From NCBI GenBank assembly GCA_965140415.1, contig OZ223209.1:1056001-1120000 (forward strand): 64,000 nucleotides of DNA. The letters are read 5' to 3'. Numbering within the stretch: position 1 is the stretch's first letter; each line of letters begins with the position of its first letter. This document shows, piece after piece, positions 28,334 through 39,106 of this stretch. The translations under genes were made by a program, and so were the position numbers. Below the pieces are notes generated by a model that had not been told where the DNA came from, ran no database searches, and saw nothing but the letters and a program-made list of their open reading frames with translations. Origin of the DNA: Myxococcota bacterium (GTDB lineage Bacteria > Myxococcota_A > SURF-8).

Positions 28334-30888
28334 TGCATGACTATGAAAGTGAAGCAACAAGCCGGATAATCGGCTTGCACCGTATAGTAACAACGACCAC
28401 TATTCTTCTGATAACGGTGGGTTTTCTGTGCTTTTTCACTTCAGCACAGGCACAGAATCAGCCACCTGTCGATCTAGAATCATCTGGGGAAGACACAGAG
28501 GCTGCCGAAGCTGTGGATGAGCCACAACCAGAGGAAACTCCAGCGGCTGAAGCGACGCCACCGGAAGCAAATACTGAAGGAGAACCGGTCTTGCCTTCCA
28601 CCTTGGTAGAACAAGATCCGGCATCGGTTGAAGTGGAGACGCCCTCGCAAGCCGATAATCCAGTTGATCAAACAGAGCCTTCTCCCGTAGAAAATGGTGA
28701 AGCGGAAATCATCATCGAGATGGACCCGGAACCGGAAGACGCGCAAGGGGATGCACCGCCGAAAGACAATGGCACGTTCATGCTGGGGGAAATCACCGTG
28801 TTCGGCCAACAGAGGGATACGACCGTTGCAGCATCTAAGTACGAAGTCGAGATCGGCAAGCTTCACATCGTGCCGCGAAAAAACGCCGCCGAGCACCTCA
28901 TGTTGGCACCAGGCGTATTAACGCTTAACCACGGAGGCGAGGGACACGCTCACGAAACGTACATGCGCGGTTTCGCTGCCAAGGAGGGTCAGGATATCGA
29001 ATACACACTCGGTGGCGCGCCGCTAAACGAAGTGAGCAATCCTCACGGTCACGGATACGCGGACCTGTTGTTTATTCCTCCCGAACTGGTTATGACGGTG
29101 CGGATTCAGGAAGGCCCCTTCGATCCTGAGCAGGGCGATTTCGCTTTTGCAGGTTCTGCCGACTATCAGCTGGGTGTACCCGAGCGCGGATCGTATGTGA
29201 AGTACGGATACGGGCGCTGGAACTCGCAGCGCACGCTGTTCCTGATTGCACCGGAAGACTTGAACACCGAAACCTTCGCGGCCTTTGAATACTATGAGAC
29301 TGATGGCTATGGCCCTAATCGCGCAGCCAAACGAGCCACCGCGCTGGGACAGTATGCCCAGGAAATACAACGGTTGAATTTCAAGTATGTCGTTGGCATA
29401 TACGGATACATGGCTCGATTCGACCAGGCCGGGGTCGTCCGAGAAGACGATTACGAAGCCGGACGCATGGGTTTTTTCGATACCTACGATTCGAATCAGG
29501 GTGGAGAGAGCAACCGCATACTGTTCACGTTTCGCACGCTCGTAGGTCCAAAGGAATCCCGCTTTCAACAGGTGGCTTTCTTAGGCTGGCGCACCATGAG
29601 GCTTCGCACCAATTTCACCGGCTGGCTGCTCGACGATCTCACCGACGGAGAAGGCAACTACGTCGCCGACGAGCAGCGCGGAGATGGAACCGAGATGCGA
29701 TATAACGTATTGACTGCCGGATCGCGCGGGGACTATACCTACAAACCTACTCTGCTGGGTCACGAACAGGCTCTGAGTTTCGGTTATGCTTTGCGCTTCG
29801 ATCAGGGTGATACCAGTCAGCGTCATCTGCGTTCTGTAACAGCGATTCCTTACAAACGGGTTTTCGACACCTCGTTTACAATCCTCAATATCGCAGGATG
29901 GGCGCGCCTGCATTTCCGTCCCTGTCGGTGGTTTGCGCTGAAAGGCGGCGTGCGGCTGGACGCCTTCTCCTTTGGTGTTACCGATCACATGCTACCGGAA
30001 TCCGACCGTGAAGGTGTACGAGATCCGAGCCAGACGAGCCAGTCATTGGGCTATGCGGTCAATCCTCGTGTCACGATGGATATTCGGCTACACAAGCAAC
30101 TGCATCTGTTGGGCAGTTACGGACAGGGCACACGTTCCACAGAGGCGATGGCGCTTTCCGACAACGAGACTGCGCCGTTCGCCAAGGCACATTCCGCCGA
30201 GGGTGGCCTGAGCTATCGCCAAGGCAAACCGGGCGATCCCTTCTCGGTCAGCGCCCAAGCCAGTTACGTTTACACGCATATCACCCAGGACATGTTGTTC
30301 TCCGAAACCGCAGGACGTAACATTCCAATTGGCGCATCCAACCGGCATGCCGGACTTTTGGGCCTGCGTTTCATGGCCGGGAACTGGTTTGACTGCCTGC
30401 TAAACGTGGGCTATGCACATGCCACCCTGGCCGATACGGGGGAATTGCTTCCCTACGTACCGGAGTGGATCGTACGCCTGGATATGGCTGCGCATGGACA
30501 GATCAGTGATTGGGAGTTGGCCGGGGTGCCGGTCACTGGACGCATCGGGTTAGGCTTCACCTATGTGCCCGGACGCCCACTGCCGCTCAAGCAAACAGGC
30601 GATCCCATGTATTTGTTGAACCTGGGTGGTGAGATCAGATTGTACCACTTCTCGCTGGGCATCGAAATGCGTAACCTGCTGGACCTGCGCTATCGGCAAT
30701 CGGAGTATCATTACTCCAGCAACTTCGAATCAGCCGACGCGATTCCATCGCAGGTTTCCGAGCGCCATTTCGTGGCTGGGGAGCCTTTTTATGCCATGGG
30801 GACCATCATCTGGCACATCGAAGACATGATCAGGGGCTTGGTGTCAGGGGCGGCCAGTATAGATCACAGCGAAGACGGCGCAATGTGA
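28333..30888 (+). CDS. TonB-dependent receptor with His-rich plug
   Basis: Plug motifs LMLAPGVLTLNHGGEGHAH, RGF, HGHGYADL..IPPELV and EGPFDP.QGDFA.AG; barrel strands; RNLLD near the C-terminus; TAATG overlap. Confidence 0.88.
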   Translation: MHDYESEATSRIIGLHRIVTTTTILLITVGFLCFFTSAQAQNQPPVDLESSGEDTEAAEAVDEPQPEETPAAEATPPEANTEGEPVLPSTLVEQDPASVEVETPSQADNPVDQTEPSPVENGEAEIIIEMDPEPEDAQGDAPPKDNGTFMLGEITVFGQQRDTTVAASKYEVEIGKLHIVPRKNAAEHLMLAPGVLTLNHGGEGHAHETYMRGFAAKEGQDIEYTLGGAPLNEVSNPHGHGYADLLFIPPELVMTVRIQEGPFDPEQGDFAFAGSADYQLGVPERGSYVKYGYGRWNSQRTLFLIAPEDLNTETFAAFEYYETDGYGPNRAAKRATALGQYAQEIQRLNFKYVVGIYGYMARFDQAGVVREDDYEAGRMGFFDTYDSNQGGESNRILFTFRTLVGPKESRFQQVAFLGWRTMRLRTNFTGWLLDDLTDGEGNYVADEQRGDGTEMRYNVLTAGSRGDYTYKPTLLGHEQALSFGYALRFDQGDTSQRHLRSVTAIPYKRVFDTSFTILNIAGWARLHFRPCRWFALKGGVRLDAFSFGVTDHMLPESDREGVRDPSQTSQSLGYAVNPRVTMDIRLHKQLHLLGSYGQGTRSTEAMALSDNETAPFAKAHSAEGGLSYRQGKPGDPFSVSAQASYVYTHITQDMLFSETAGRNIPIGASNRHAGLLGLRFMAGNWFDCLLNVGYAHATLADTGELLPYVPEWIVRLDMAAHGQISDWELAGVPVTGRIGLGFTYVPGRPLPLKQTGDPMYLLNLGGEIRLYHFSLGIEMRNLLDLRYRQSEYHYSSNFESADAIPSQVSERHFVAGEPFYAMGTIIWHIEDMIRGLVSGAASIDHSEDGAM

Positions 30889-30976
30889 TATCGGGCTTTC
30901 TTCGTCAGGTTTAGACCGCAGCATTGAAAAGTGCAGTGGTTGTCGCAGGGAATCAGACCCGTCACGATGGAGGTGG

Positions 30977-31564
30977 CTAGAGCCTTTCTACAAAAGTATG
31001 GAATTCTCCGTTCTCGCCGCATGGGTCGATTCCTGAAGGAAGGTCATTTAGAAAGTTCATGTCATATTTACGTCCGATGAAATCGGGAGAGAGCCGCGAA
31101 GCATCGACGCTCGTTATGGTTGCGACAATGCCAGATTCGATTATATCCTCGGCCAAGCGTGCGGTATCAATTCCCCATAACGGGAATAAAGGTTCGATGC
31201 CGGTACCTTGAAAAAGGTTCTCGCGGAATTCCCGGATGTCTTCGAGAAAAAGATCACCGAAAGCTACGCCATCGATGCGAGAACCAGGAAAGGAACGGAT
31301 TTCATCAAGAAACCGCTTCCGGTATTCCTCATTCGGACAGGGTTGCAGAATTCCAACCGTAACAAGTGGTAGGCCGATCATTTGCGCTTGTCTGTGCAGG
31401 TCGCTGGCTACCGTCTCATGAATGGGGATTGTCCCAGAGCCTTCATTGACAGTCGTGATCAAACCGACGACTTTCACCTTGTCGCTTTGACGCAATTGAA
31501 GCAAGGCATACGCACTGTCTTTTCCCGAACTCCAGGAGAGAAGCACTCGTTTCACGATGTCCAT
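30977..31564 (-). CDS. Diphthine--ammonia ligase-like (Dph6/MJ0570) PP-loop ATPase
   Basis: SWSSGKDS, AFGDLFLEDIR, PLW and DPCGENGEFHTFV; GGAGGA RBS before ATG 31564. Confidence 0.88.
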   Translation of the reverse strand: MDIVKRVLLSWSSGKDSAYALLQLRQSDKVKVVGLITTVNEGSGTIPIHETVASDLHRQAQMIGLPLVTVGILQPCPNEEYRKRFLDEIRSFPGSRIDGVAFGDLFLEDIREFRENLFQGTGIEPLFPLWGIDTARLAEDIIESGIVATITSVDASRLSPDFIGRKYDMNFLNDLPSGIDPCGENGEFHTFVERL

Positions 31565-31744
31565 GTTTCCTCCAGCGATGATAAATCGCAAGATTCAATT
31601 TTCAGATGATCGACAGCCTCGCTCATTACCTGTTCGAAATCGATACCTTGACACAAACTACGCACAACACGAATTACGAACTTGAGTAATCCACTCAATA
31701 ACAAAGGCATGTTGTTCGGTCAAGAAACGATTTTGAGAAACCCG

Positions 31745-31774
31745 TTGACAACAATCGGACCCATAGAGTACGAT
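31745..31774 (+). promoter_or_regulatory. Putative sigma70 promoter upstream of the riboswitch
   Basis: TTGACA (31745-31750), 18 bp spacer, TACGAT (31769-31774). Confidence 0.55.
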
Positions 31775-31785
31775 CTAACCTGTCT

Positions 31786-31970
31786 TTGCGTTGCGGACAA
31801 GGGAAGTCGGTTAAAAGCCGACGCGGTCCCGCCGCCGTAAACGGGGACGAAACCGGCAGTCAAGCCACTGGAACAGAAATTCCGGGAAGGCGCCGGGAGT
31901 AGGATGATCCGTAAGCCGGAAGACCTGCCGCAACCCGACCAAAGACGTATGTTTCCCTCGCGGAAGGGGA
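31786..31970 (+). ncRNA. Cobalamin riboswitch
   Basis: AAGGGAA-GTCGGTTAAAAGCCGAC-GCGGTCCCGCCGCCGTAA...GCCACTGG...GGGAAGGC...AGCCGGAAGACCTGCC (B12 box); P1 GTTGCGG/CCGCAAC; precedes btu genes. Confidence 0.95.
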
Positions 31971-32182
31971 GTACGGCTGTTTCTGCATATTATAAAAATT
32001 CTCCTTTCGTAGCGGTGACCGAGACCTGAGTACTGTCAGTAAAGAGCGTCTGTTTTGATGTTCGGATTGTCGGTACCAAGAGTTGGGTAAATCGATGTCG
32101 AAGTGCACATGCGACATAGTAAGTGCCGATGGTTGAAAAACGAATGAGGACAGACAATTCGAACCGATGGAGGAGATCGAAA

Positions 32183-34234
32183 ATGAAACGAAGTATGATG
32201 ATGGTGTTTGTATTACTGCTCAGCTTGTTGCTTCTTGGACTGAGTGGTTGTGGTGACGATGAAGATGAGGTGATAGACGGCGACGTGGACGGCGACAACA
32301 TCGATGGGGATGAGATTGATGGTGATACGGTTGACGGTGACACCGATGGTGATGCTGTCGATGGAGATATGATTGATGGTGATACGGTTGACGGTGACAC
32401 CGATGGTGATGCTGTCGATGGAGATATGATCGATGGTGATACGATTGACGGTGACACCGATGGTGATGCTGTCGATGGTGACATGATAGATGGCGATACT
32501 GTTGATGGAGACACCGATGGTGATGCTGTCGATGGAGATATGATCGATGGTGATGCTGTTGATGGTGACACCGATGGCGATGCTGTCGATGGAGATATGG
32601 TCGATGGTGATGTTGTTGACGGTGACACGGACGGAGAAGTTGATCTTTGCGATGGTGTGAACTGCTTCGACAACGCCACTTGCGATGAAGCGACGGGTAA
32701 TTGCGTCTGTGATGAAGACTACGAGAACTGGACAGATGGTGTCGGCTGCACGATGGAAGCACTTGATGTGACCGGAAGCTACGACGATGGCTTTGGCGGC
32801 CATCACGAGATCACGCAGACGGTCTGGACGCAAAGCGGTTACGGCGCGGCCAGCCATTTCTTTATCAGCCAGTATTCCAACGCGAATTCGTATCTCATTG
32901 CCCAAAACGGTCCGAACAACGCCTACAGCCCTGAAAAATGGAGCCGCTTCGACTGGACCTGGTACGACGATGGAAGCCGATCCGAATCGCTCTGGTACTG
33001 TCAGACCGTCTACGGAGCCGATACGGAAGCGGATGCTTTAAACACACCCGCAGCCGACTCTACTGACCCTTCCAGTGGCGGTTGCGGAGGCTTTTCCTGG
33101 TCCAAGGCGACGCCGGGTAACACAATGCTCACGATCTTTGGAAGTTACCAGGACAGCTACGATGGCCATCACGAGATCACGCAGACAGTCTGGACGCAAA
33201 GCGGGTACGGTGCAGCCAGTCATTTCTTCTTCAGCCAGTTCTCGAATGCGGATCAGTACGCCATCGCCCAAAATGGCCCAGACAACGCCTACAGTCCCGA
33301 TAAATGGAGCCGCTACGACTGGACCTGGTACGATGATGGTGAAGGATTGGCGCTCTGGTACTGTCAGACGGCCTATGGCGCAGATACGGAAGCGGATGCC
33401 CTGGCGACGGAGGCAGCCGATGCGACCGATCCGTCCAGCGGCGGCTGTAGTGGTTATTCGTGGTCGAAGCTTTCCTCTGCGGATACGACGCTGACAATCT
33501 TCGGAAGCTACGCCGATAACTACGGCGGCGGCCATGAGATCTCGGACGCACTCTGGACCCAGGGCGGTTGGGGTAACGCCAGCTATTTCCACATCACACA
33601 ATTCTCGAACGATTCGCAATATGCCATCGCTCAAAACAATACACATAACGCCTACAATCCCGACAAATGGAGCCGCTTCGACTGGACCTGGTACGATTCC
33701 GGTAGCGGTGTCGAATTGTGGTACTGCCAGACGGCCTATGGTGCAGATACGGAAGCGGATGCCCTGGCGACGGCGGCAGCCGATGCGACCGATCCTTCCT
33801 CTGGTGGCTGTGGTGGTTTGGCGTGGTCGAAACTTACACTTGGTACATCCAATCTGATTCTGGTGGGAGATTGGTTGGACAACTTTGGTATGAATCACAC
33901 CATTTCGGGTGAAACCTGGTTTCAGTCCACCGATGGCTTTCCGGAATACGATTACAACTTCGAGATCAGCCAGTTCTCGAACGTTGAAATGTGGGTGAGC
34001 GCTCAGAACGACACGGATAACCCAACCGGCGGGGACAAATGGAGCCGCATCGATTGGACCTGGTACGATGCCGGTTCCGGTCTAGAATTGTGGTACTGCC
34101 AGACCGTATATGATGCGGATACCGAGAATGACGCACTCAGCGCCGCCCGTGCGGACGAGACGGATCCGTCCAGCGGAGGATGCGGCGCATCCTCCTGGTC
34201 GAAATTGACGCCATACGTGGACGAGGCAAAATGA
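32183..34234 (+). CDS. Lipoprotein: DGD spacer, EGF-like module and four ~121-aa repeats of an unrecognised domain
   Basis: GGAGGAG RBS, LSGC lipobox; repeats start near 32768, 33134, 33497 and 33860. Confidence 0.85.
   Translation: MKRSMMMVFVLLLSLLLLGLSGCGDDEDEVIDGDVDGDNIDGDEIDGDTVDGDTDGDAVDGDMIDGDTVDGDTDGDAVDGDMIDGDTIDGDTDGDAVDGDMIDGDTVDGDTDGDAVDGDMIDGDAVDGDTDGDAVDGDMVDGDVVDGDTDGEVDLCDGVNCFDNATCDEATGNCVCDEDYENWTDGVGCTMEALDVTGSYDDGFGGHHEITQTVWTQSGYGAASHFFISQYSNANSYLIAQNGPNNAYSPEKWSRFDWTWYDDGSRSESLWYCQTVYGADTEADALNTPAADSTDPSSGGCGGFSWSKATPGNTMLTIFGSYQDSYDGHHEITQTVWTQSGYGAASHFFFSQFSNADQYAIAQNGPDNAYSPDKWSRYDWTWYDDGEGLALWYCQTAYGADTEADALATEAADATDPSSGGCSGYSWSKLSSADTTLTIFGSYADNYGGGHEISDALWTQGGWGNASYFHITQFSNDSQYAIAQNNTHNAYNPDKWSRFDWTWYDSGSGVELWYCQTAYGADTEADALATAAADATDPSSGGCGGLAWSKLTLGTSNLILVGDWLDNFGMNHTISGETWFQSTDGFPEYDYNFEISQFSNVEMWVSAQNDTDNPTGGDKWSRIDWTWYDAGSGLELWYCQTVYDADTENDALSAARADETDPSSGGCGASSWSKLTPYVDEAK
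32318..32641 (+). repeat. 57-bp coding tandem repeat ([19 protein letters not shown])
   Basis: About 5.6 copies visible in both DNA and protein. Confidence 0.9.
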
Positions 34235-35628
34235 TGAAATCGAATCCGTTCCAAAACCTGTTTGGGGGATGGTTCCGTCAGGGTGGAGCCATTTGGCTCC
34301 TCCCTCTGCTTATTTGTACTTTGTTCTTATGCAGTGGATGTGTAGAAAGCGATTCTGATTCTGTGGATGGTGATTCCGATTCCATAGATAGCGACATCGA
34401 AATTGGCGACATCGAGATCGAAAATGACGCTCAGCAGCGTTGTCGCAACGCCGATTGTCCCGATCATGCATGTTGCAATCCGGAAACGGGTGAGTGCGAA
34501 TGCGAATTAGGATACGAGCCGCTCGGTGGACGCTGTGTGGTGGTGGTCGAAGATGGGGATCTTGACTCCGAACAGGGTGATGAAGTGATCGATGGAGATC
34601 TGGACAGCGACCTCGTATCGGATGGCGACAGTACCGACACGGATGTAGACGGCTCTTCCGATGGCGATATCGAGACCGATGTTGATAATGATATCGATGG
34701 CGATACGGATGGCGATGGAGAGGCCGAGACCTTGTTGCTTTGCGAGGTTCCGCAAGCGCCAACGATGACGGTGATTCACAAAGGTGCGGAACTTTCCTTT
34801 ACCTGTGCTTCAGCCGGTGCGATTCAAGTTGGAAAAGCCTCGTCTCCGAGCGCAACCGAGCCGGACGCCTGGCTGGATCAGGATTCACTGGCCTTTGAAA
34901 ACACGGGTGCATTCAAAATCTTCGCCCGTCTGGTTTCGGACGAATGCGAACCACAACCTTTTGTTTTTACCTATGATGTGGAAGAAACATTTCCGCCTGC
35001 CTCCGGACAGGATGGATCGACTGCTGTTTCCAAGGATGACACCTCGATACTTGGATGGGCCACGGGAGTCGAATCGGTCACGTACGGAGAAAACGTAACT
35101 GAGGGCTGGCAAACGCCTGACAAGGCACTCGGCGCGGCAGAGGGAACCTCGTTCGACATCGTCAGTCTGGGACGCGGCGGTGAGATCACGCTGTCTTTCG
35201 ATCCGCCTATTGCCAACAGAAGTGGTTATGACTTCACCGTGTTTGAAAACAGCTTTTCGGATACGTTTCTCGAAGTTGCCTACGTAGAAATCAGTTCCGA
35301 CAACGAAACCTTTCTACGCTTCGACAGCGCCTACCTTGGAGAGTCGGAGGTCAGCGGTTTCGGCAATACCGACACGGTGCTTTTCGACGGACTGGCAGGA
35401 AAATATCGTCAAGGCTACGGTAATCCCTTCGATTTGGAGGTGTTCGTCAATCGTCCCGAAGTGCGGGACGGCTCGGTTGATCTAGACGCGATCCGATATG
35501 TACGATTCGTGGATATCGTCGGGGATGGGAGCGCCATGGACAGTTTCGGGCATGTCATTTACGACCCCTATCCAACCACCGACAGCGCGGGTTTCGACCT
35601 GGATGCGGTGGGTGTCCTGAATCAGTAA
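34231..35628 (+). CDS. Lipoprotein with C-terminal cell-surface domain, possibly BtuH-like
   Basis: CSGC lipobox, DGD linker; [38 protein letters not shown] and [19 protein letters not shown] overlap. Confidence 0.7.
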   Translation: MMKSNPFQNLFGGWFRQGGAIWLLPLLICTLFLCSGCVESDSDSVDGDSDSIDSDIEIGDIEIENDAQQRCRNADCPDHACCNPETGECECELGYEPLGGRCVVVVEDGDLDSEQGDEVIDGDLDSDLVSDGDSTDTDVDGSSDGDIETDVDNDIDGDTDGDGEAETLLLCEVPQAPTMTVIHKGAELSFTCASAGAIQVGKASSPSATEPDAWLDQDSLAFENTGAFKIFARLVSDECEPQPFVFTYDVEETFPPASGQDGSTAVSKDDTSILGWATGVESVTYGENVTEGWQTPDKALGAAEGTSFDIVSLGRGGEITLSFDPPIANRSGYDFTVFENSFSDTFLEVAYVEISSDNETFLRFDSAYLGESEVSGFGNTDTVLFDGLAGKYRQGYGNPFDLEVFVNRPEVRDGSVDLDAIRYVRFVDIVGDGSAMDSFGHVIYDPYPTTDSAGFDLDAVGVLNQ

Positions 35629-35642
35629 GCCGGTATTCCTCA

Positions 35643-37751
35643 ATGAGAAACTACGCGATCATCTCTGGGCTGTGGCTATGGATATGCCTCGTCTCTCCAT
35701 CTTTTGCAGGGGAGACACCCCCCGAAAATTCGGATGATTCGGTCCAGGAAAACAATATCGAAGCCGAGATGGAAATGATGGACGATGACGAATCGGTGGA
35801 AGGCGGCGACGAAACGTTTTCCATTGCACCGGTGATGATCAGAGCCGCACGTGAATCGCGGGATCTCCGCCAGGATCGCGCCGCATCAGGATCGGTCCTG
35901 TTGCCCGAAGATTTCGATGATGCTGGGGATACCATGCCTGACGTACTCGACCAGCAAGCCGGGGTGCGTGTTACAAAGCTCGGCGGACCAGCTTCGTTTT
36001 CCACACTTTCCATTCGCGGCTCCACCTCCGACCAAGTGCTGGTGGTGCTGGACGGCGTTCCGCTGAATTCGGCGGCTGGCGGTCCGGTGGATCTGTCCCG
36101 TATTCCGCTAGGAAACATCGAACGCGTTGAAATCTATCGAGGAGTATCCCCGCTCGCCTTCGGCTCCAGCGCCATCGGTGGCACGCTTTCGATCACGACA
36201 CGTACAGCTCGCGAGCGACAGCTAACACTTACCGTAGGTGGCGGGTCATTTGGCGCCAGAGAAGCGAGATTGTTTTATTCCGAACCGCAAGATACCTGGG
36301 ATCTTGCTCTTGGACTGGATTACAGCGGTTGGGAAGGCACTTTCCCATATATAAACGACAACGGTACTCGCTTCGACAGTACCGACGACAGACGAGTAAC
36401 GCGGCAGAACAACCGTTTCGATCAGATCAATCTGCTTGGAAAGATCCGATTGCATCTTGACGAGCAGTGGACTTTGTCTCTGATGGAATGGTTCTTCTGG
36501 CGTGACCAGGGCGTGCCGGGTCTGGGACAGTTCGAGACTGAAGAAAGCCAATACGGAGTCATGGACAGTTTGTCCGTGCTTTCGGTCAAAGGCGAATTCC
36601 TGGCCGGTCTTGCCGAGTGGAGTTTCCAGGCCGGTTTTCGGTATACGCAATCCACATTCAGCGATCCTTTAGACGAGATCGGCTTGACTGGCGACGATGC
36701 AGAGGATCGATCCTTTTCGCCTTTGCTTTCCACAGCACTGAAACTGGAGCCGTTTTCCTGGTGGGATGTGTCCGCGCAGGCCGCTTATCGATACGAACGA
36801 TTTGAACCCTCGGTGGAAAGTACATCGGCGGCGCAGTCGGACCGGCACACCATCTCGGCAGGTCTGGAAACCGGTTTCCTGATCGATGCAGCCGACCTGT
36901 TGGTTTTACCTTCAGGACGGGTCGAATGGGCCGACAGTCATCTCGCTCACAAGGAAGTCACCTCAGGCAACCAGCCTCTCGTGATAGAATCAGAGCAGAC
37001 GGAATGGTCCTGGCGGGTTGCTCTGGTAAACACCTCCATCCCGGACACCAAACTGACCGTATCGGGTGGACGGGCGGTACGCCTTCCCTCCCTGTTTGAG
37101 TTGTTTGGAAACTCGGGTCGAGTAATTGGAAATCCGGAGTTGAAGTCGGAGTCCGCCTACAACGTAGACGGCGGGATCATCTACGATTCCAATATGCTTC
37201 CCGATCCCTATCGCCTACGCCTTGAAGTGTACGGCTTCTATTCGGACGTCACGAACTTGATTCAGTTCGTCCAGACCTCCCAGAACATCGCCAAAGCCGA
37301 AAATGTCGACCGGGCGCGTATGTGGGGAGTTGAAGCCGGATTGCGAAGCGATCTGTTCGGCCATCTACGGCTGAACGGAAATTTCACGCTTCTCGATGCA
37401 ATCAACACTGGTAAGATTGAAGCGAGAAAAGACAGGCACCTGCCGTTTCGCCCGGCAAGCAAATGGTATGTGCGCGCCGAGGGGTATGTGAAGGAGATTC
37501 CAGCGCTTGAGGAATTGTCCGTGTTTCTGGATTCGGAATGGATCGCGGGTAACTTTCTGGACAACGCCAATCTCGTTTCGGTGTCGGATCGCTTCTATCT
37601 AAATACCGGTATGAGCATCGAATTGAAGCGCTCCCTGGCCAAACTGAGTTTTACGGCCAATAACTTGACAGACGAACGTACGTCCGATCTGGCTGGGTAT
37701 CCATTAGCGGGTCGAAGCTTTCACCTCTTGTTTACGATGAAGGTGCTGTGA
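35643..37751 (+). CDS. btuB: TonB-dependent cobalamin receptor (BtuB-like)
   Basis: SIRGSTSDQVLVVLDGVPLN, IERVEIYRG, GNPELKSE and GYPLAGRSF; located in a riboswitch-led btu operon. Confidence 0.85.
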   Translation: MRNYAIISGLWLWICLVSPSFAGETPPENSDDSVQENNIEAEMEMMDDDESVEGGDETFSIAPVMIRAARESRDLRQDRAASGSVLLPEDFDDAGDTMPDVLDQQAGVRVTKLGGPASFSTLSIRGSTSDQVLVVLDGVPLNSAAGGPVDLSRIPLGNIERVEIYRGVSPLAFGSSAIGGTLSITTRTARERQLTLTVGGGSFGAREARLFYSEPQDTWDLALGLDYSGWEGTFPYINDNGTRFDSTDDRRVTRQNNRFDQINLLGKIRLHLDEQWTLSLMEWFFWRDQGVPGLGQFETEESQYGVMDSLSVLSVKGEFLAGLAEWSFQAGFRYTQSTFSDPLDEIGLTGDDAEDRSFSPLLSTALKLEPFSWWDVSAQAAYRYERFEPSVESTSAAQSDRHTISAGLETGFLIDAADLLVLPSGRVEWADSHLAHKEVTSGNQPLVIESEQTEWSWRVALVNTSIPDTKLTVSGGRAVRLPSLFELFGNSGRVIGNPELKSESAYNVDGGIIYDSNMLPDPYRLRLEVYGFYSDVTNLIQFVQTSQNIAKAENVDRARMWGVEAGLRSDLFGHLRLNGNFTLLDAINTGKIEARKDRHLPFRPASKWYVRAEGYVKEIPALEELSVFLDSEWIAGNFLDNANLVSVSDRFYLNTGMSIELKRSLAKLSFTANNLTDERTSDLAGYPLAGRSFHLLFTMKVL

Positions 37752-39076
37752 TGACGATATTATCCCGGACTAAAAAGGTTCTTTTGGTTTTGATGTTCGT
37801 CGCCGGCTTGTGCGGCGGATGCATCGACAACACGTCGGGATTATCGGATGAACCGGACGGGGACGAAGGGGCTCCTGACCGCCTCGATGGCGATATGGAT
37901 TTACAAGAAGGAGATGATGATTCCGGGTCGCACGAAACGCCGCCTTGGACCATCGCCGTCGTCGGAACGGACTACTTCTCGACCTCGATTTCCATCATCG
38001 ACAGAGAAACCCGTTCTCTCTTTCGGGAAAACATTGTCAATTCGGGCTCATCCTCCTCGGGACTGTCTATTGCGCTCTCGGGTGATGTGGTGTTTCCACG
38101 GTCGTATAATCACAAAAACTGGATCGTCTTGCTAGACCGCTACCCGAACAGCGTCCTGACCTTCGTTGATCCGAACGATTTTTCCGTTATTGGTCAGTTG
38201 CCGGTTGCTACTGGTTTCGCTTCCAACCCACACGATTTTCTCTGGTTGTCGGAGAATAAGGCCTATATCACCCGTTACGAAAAGAATCCGACTCCGGGAG
38301 ACATGGAGTTCGACGGAGGAGATGATATTCTGATTGTCGATCCCATCACAAATGTGATTACGGGAAGGATTCCGCTTGCCGATTACGCCGATACGAAAAC
38401 GAATTCGAATTTACAGGCGCGACCTGATCAAATGGCCGATGCCGATGGCATTGTATGGGTGACGCTCGATCATCTCACCGACGATTTCAAGGAAAGCGGT
38501 GAAGGCCGTGTCGTCGGTATCGATGTGGAAAGTGATGAAGTCGTAGAACTCGTTAGATTACCGGAGGTCACGAACTGCACCGGAATCGTCTACAGCAAGA
38601 GTCATCATTCACTTTATGTGTCGTGCAGTGGTTTGTTTATTGCGGGAACCGACGACCAGCTTCAGCATTCGGGAATCGTACAAATCGATCTGGATGCAAA
38701 TCCTCCACAGGTCAGTGTATTTCGTCGTGCAGAGGACAGCAATGGTCGTCCCTACGGTTTTGACCTTGATGTGTTGCAGGATCGTTATCTGCTGGCCGTC
38801 CGTTACGGGGATCTCGAAACTAACATCCTGGATACACTGGTGGCGATCGATCTGGAAACGGGAGAGGAGAGCGTCCTTCACGAAGCTGGATCGGCGTATG
38901 GGATGGGCGGTTTGCTTGCCGACGACGCGACGAATTCGGTTTATGTCGGTGACGCAGACCCCGTCAATCCCGGCATTCATCTGTATTCCATCGAAAACGA
39001 TTCATTTAACTACGATGGCATGATCAATTCTCATCCCACCGTCGGACTTCCACCGCGATACATTCGCTTTTACTGA
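37748..39076 (+). CDS. Beta-propeller lipoprotein (YncE/BtuG-like)
   Basis: CGGC lipobox; repeated blades such as ASNPHDFLWLSENKAYITRY and ILIVDP..NVITGRI. Confidence 0.65.
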   Translation: MMTILSRTKKVLLVLMFVAGLCGGCIDNTSGLSDEPDGDEGAPDRLDGDMDLQEGDDDSGSHETPPWTIAVVGTDYFSTSISIIDRETRSLFRENIVNSGSSSSGLSIALSGDVVFPRSYNHKNWIVLLDRYPNSVLTFVDPNDFSVIGQLPVATGFASNPHDFLWLSENKAYITRYEKNPTPGDMEFDGGDDILIVDPITNVITGRIPLADYADTKTNSNLQARPDQMADADGIVWVTLDHLTDDFKESGEGRVVGIDVESDEVVELVRLPEVTNCTGIVYSKSHHSLYVSCSGLFIAGTDDQLQHSGIVQIDLDANPPQVSVFRRAEDSNGRPYGFDLDVLQDRYLLAVRYGDLETNILDTLVAIDLETGEESVLHEAGSAYGMGGLLADDATNSVYVGDADPVNPGIHLYSIENDSFNYDGMINSHPTVGLPPRYIRFY

Positions 39077-39106
39077 TCCGTCCGTCAGTTACGAAACGAG
39101 GACTTC

